From Blasia pusilla (taxonomy: Eukaryota), in assembly GCA_050084515.1 (NCBI GenBank), contig CM114271.1, forward strand, positions 21,824,001 through 21,888,000: a stretch of DNA of 64,000 nucleotides, in the 5' to 3' direction. Below the pieces are notes generated by a model that saw nothing but the letters and a program-made list of their open reading frames with translations, was not told the DNA's origin and ran no database searches. Made by a program: the position numbers and the translations under genes. Positions 63,498-64,000 of the stretch are shown here, piece by piece. Each line of letters begins with the position of its first letter. Within the stretch, counting starts at the first letter, position 1.

Positions 63498-63940
63498 TGT
63501 CATGAACATACGGATTATGTCGTAGAGTATAGTGTGCTAGTAGAGGCCATTCCTTATGTAGGACCGTAGTGGCTTGGTAGAGATGCGGACTTTTTATACA
63601 TAGGGTTGGGGTTACATTTAGGTGGGGTGACTTTCCCCAAAAGAGGGCCCGCTCTTAGGTTGGAGGATATATAGGTGGAGTGCACTCAATCTTTGGAAAG
63701 TTCTTTGAGTTGAGCCTTGGCTATGGTGTTTCCCGCAAGCTTCGACCTAGATTCTCCCATCGTGGAGTGGGTTTGGCGCGATTGTATGTGATTCTATACG
63801 TGTTTTATGATAGTAGGTCTTTCATGGATTTCAAGTTGTGGTACACTGGTGTTTGTGGATACTCTCGTCTATGTTATGTAGGTATGTGAGTATGGTATGT
63901 CAGCCATGTATGCTGTATGGCGATGTGGATTCGCACGACA
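63498..63940 (+). mobile_element. Probable solo LTR
   Basis: TGTCATG..GCACGACA termini flanked by cctc on both sides. The 3' end resembles the gcacgaca LTR ends of copies B and D. Confidence 0.55.
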
Positions 63941-64000
63941 CCTCCCTTCATGTTTCCTCCATTCCCTCCTTTATTTTTCCCTCCCCTTCATTTATTTTTC

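Overview
Eukaryotic nuclear DNA from a land plant that probably makes flagellated sperm (bryophyte, lycophyte or fern-like; inferred from an intact CEP44 gene, plant GT77 and sugar-porter genes and degenerate CCCTAAA repeats). Four intact spliced genes are present: a plastidic glucose transporter-like gene (-), a CIB2/3-like EF-hand gene (+), CEP44 (-) and an XEG113-like arabinosyltransferase (-). Between them lie nested, decayed transposons: several Ty3/Gypsy copies, solo LTRs, a Helitron and a MULE. The main finding is a Gypsy family that carries a DNMT3-like C5 cytosine methyltransferase between protease and reverse transcriptase and a C4HC3 PHD finger after integrase (gag-PR-DNMT-RT-RH-INT-PHD). 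This layout is reconstructed from four degenerate copies; no single intact copy is in the window. All calls come from manual translation and remembered family motifs, with no database searches. TE boundaries and some exon boundaries are approximate.
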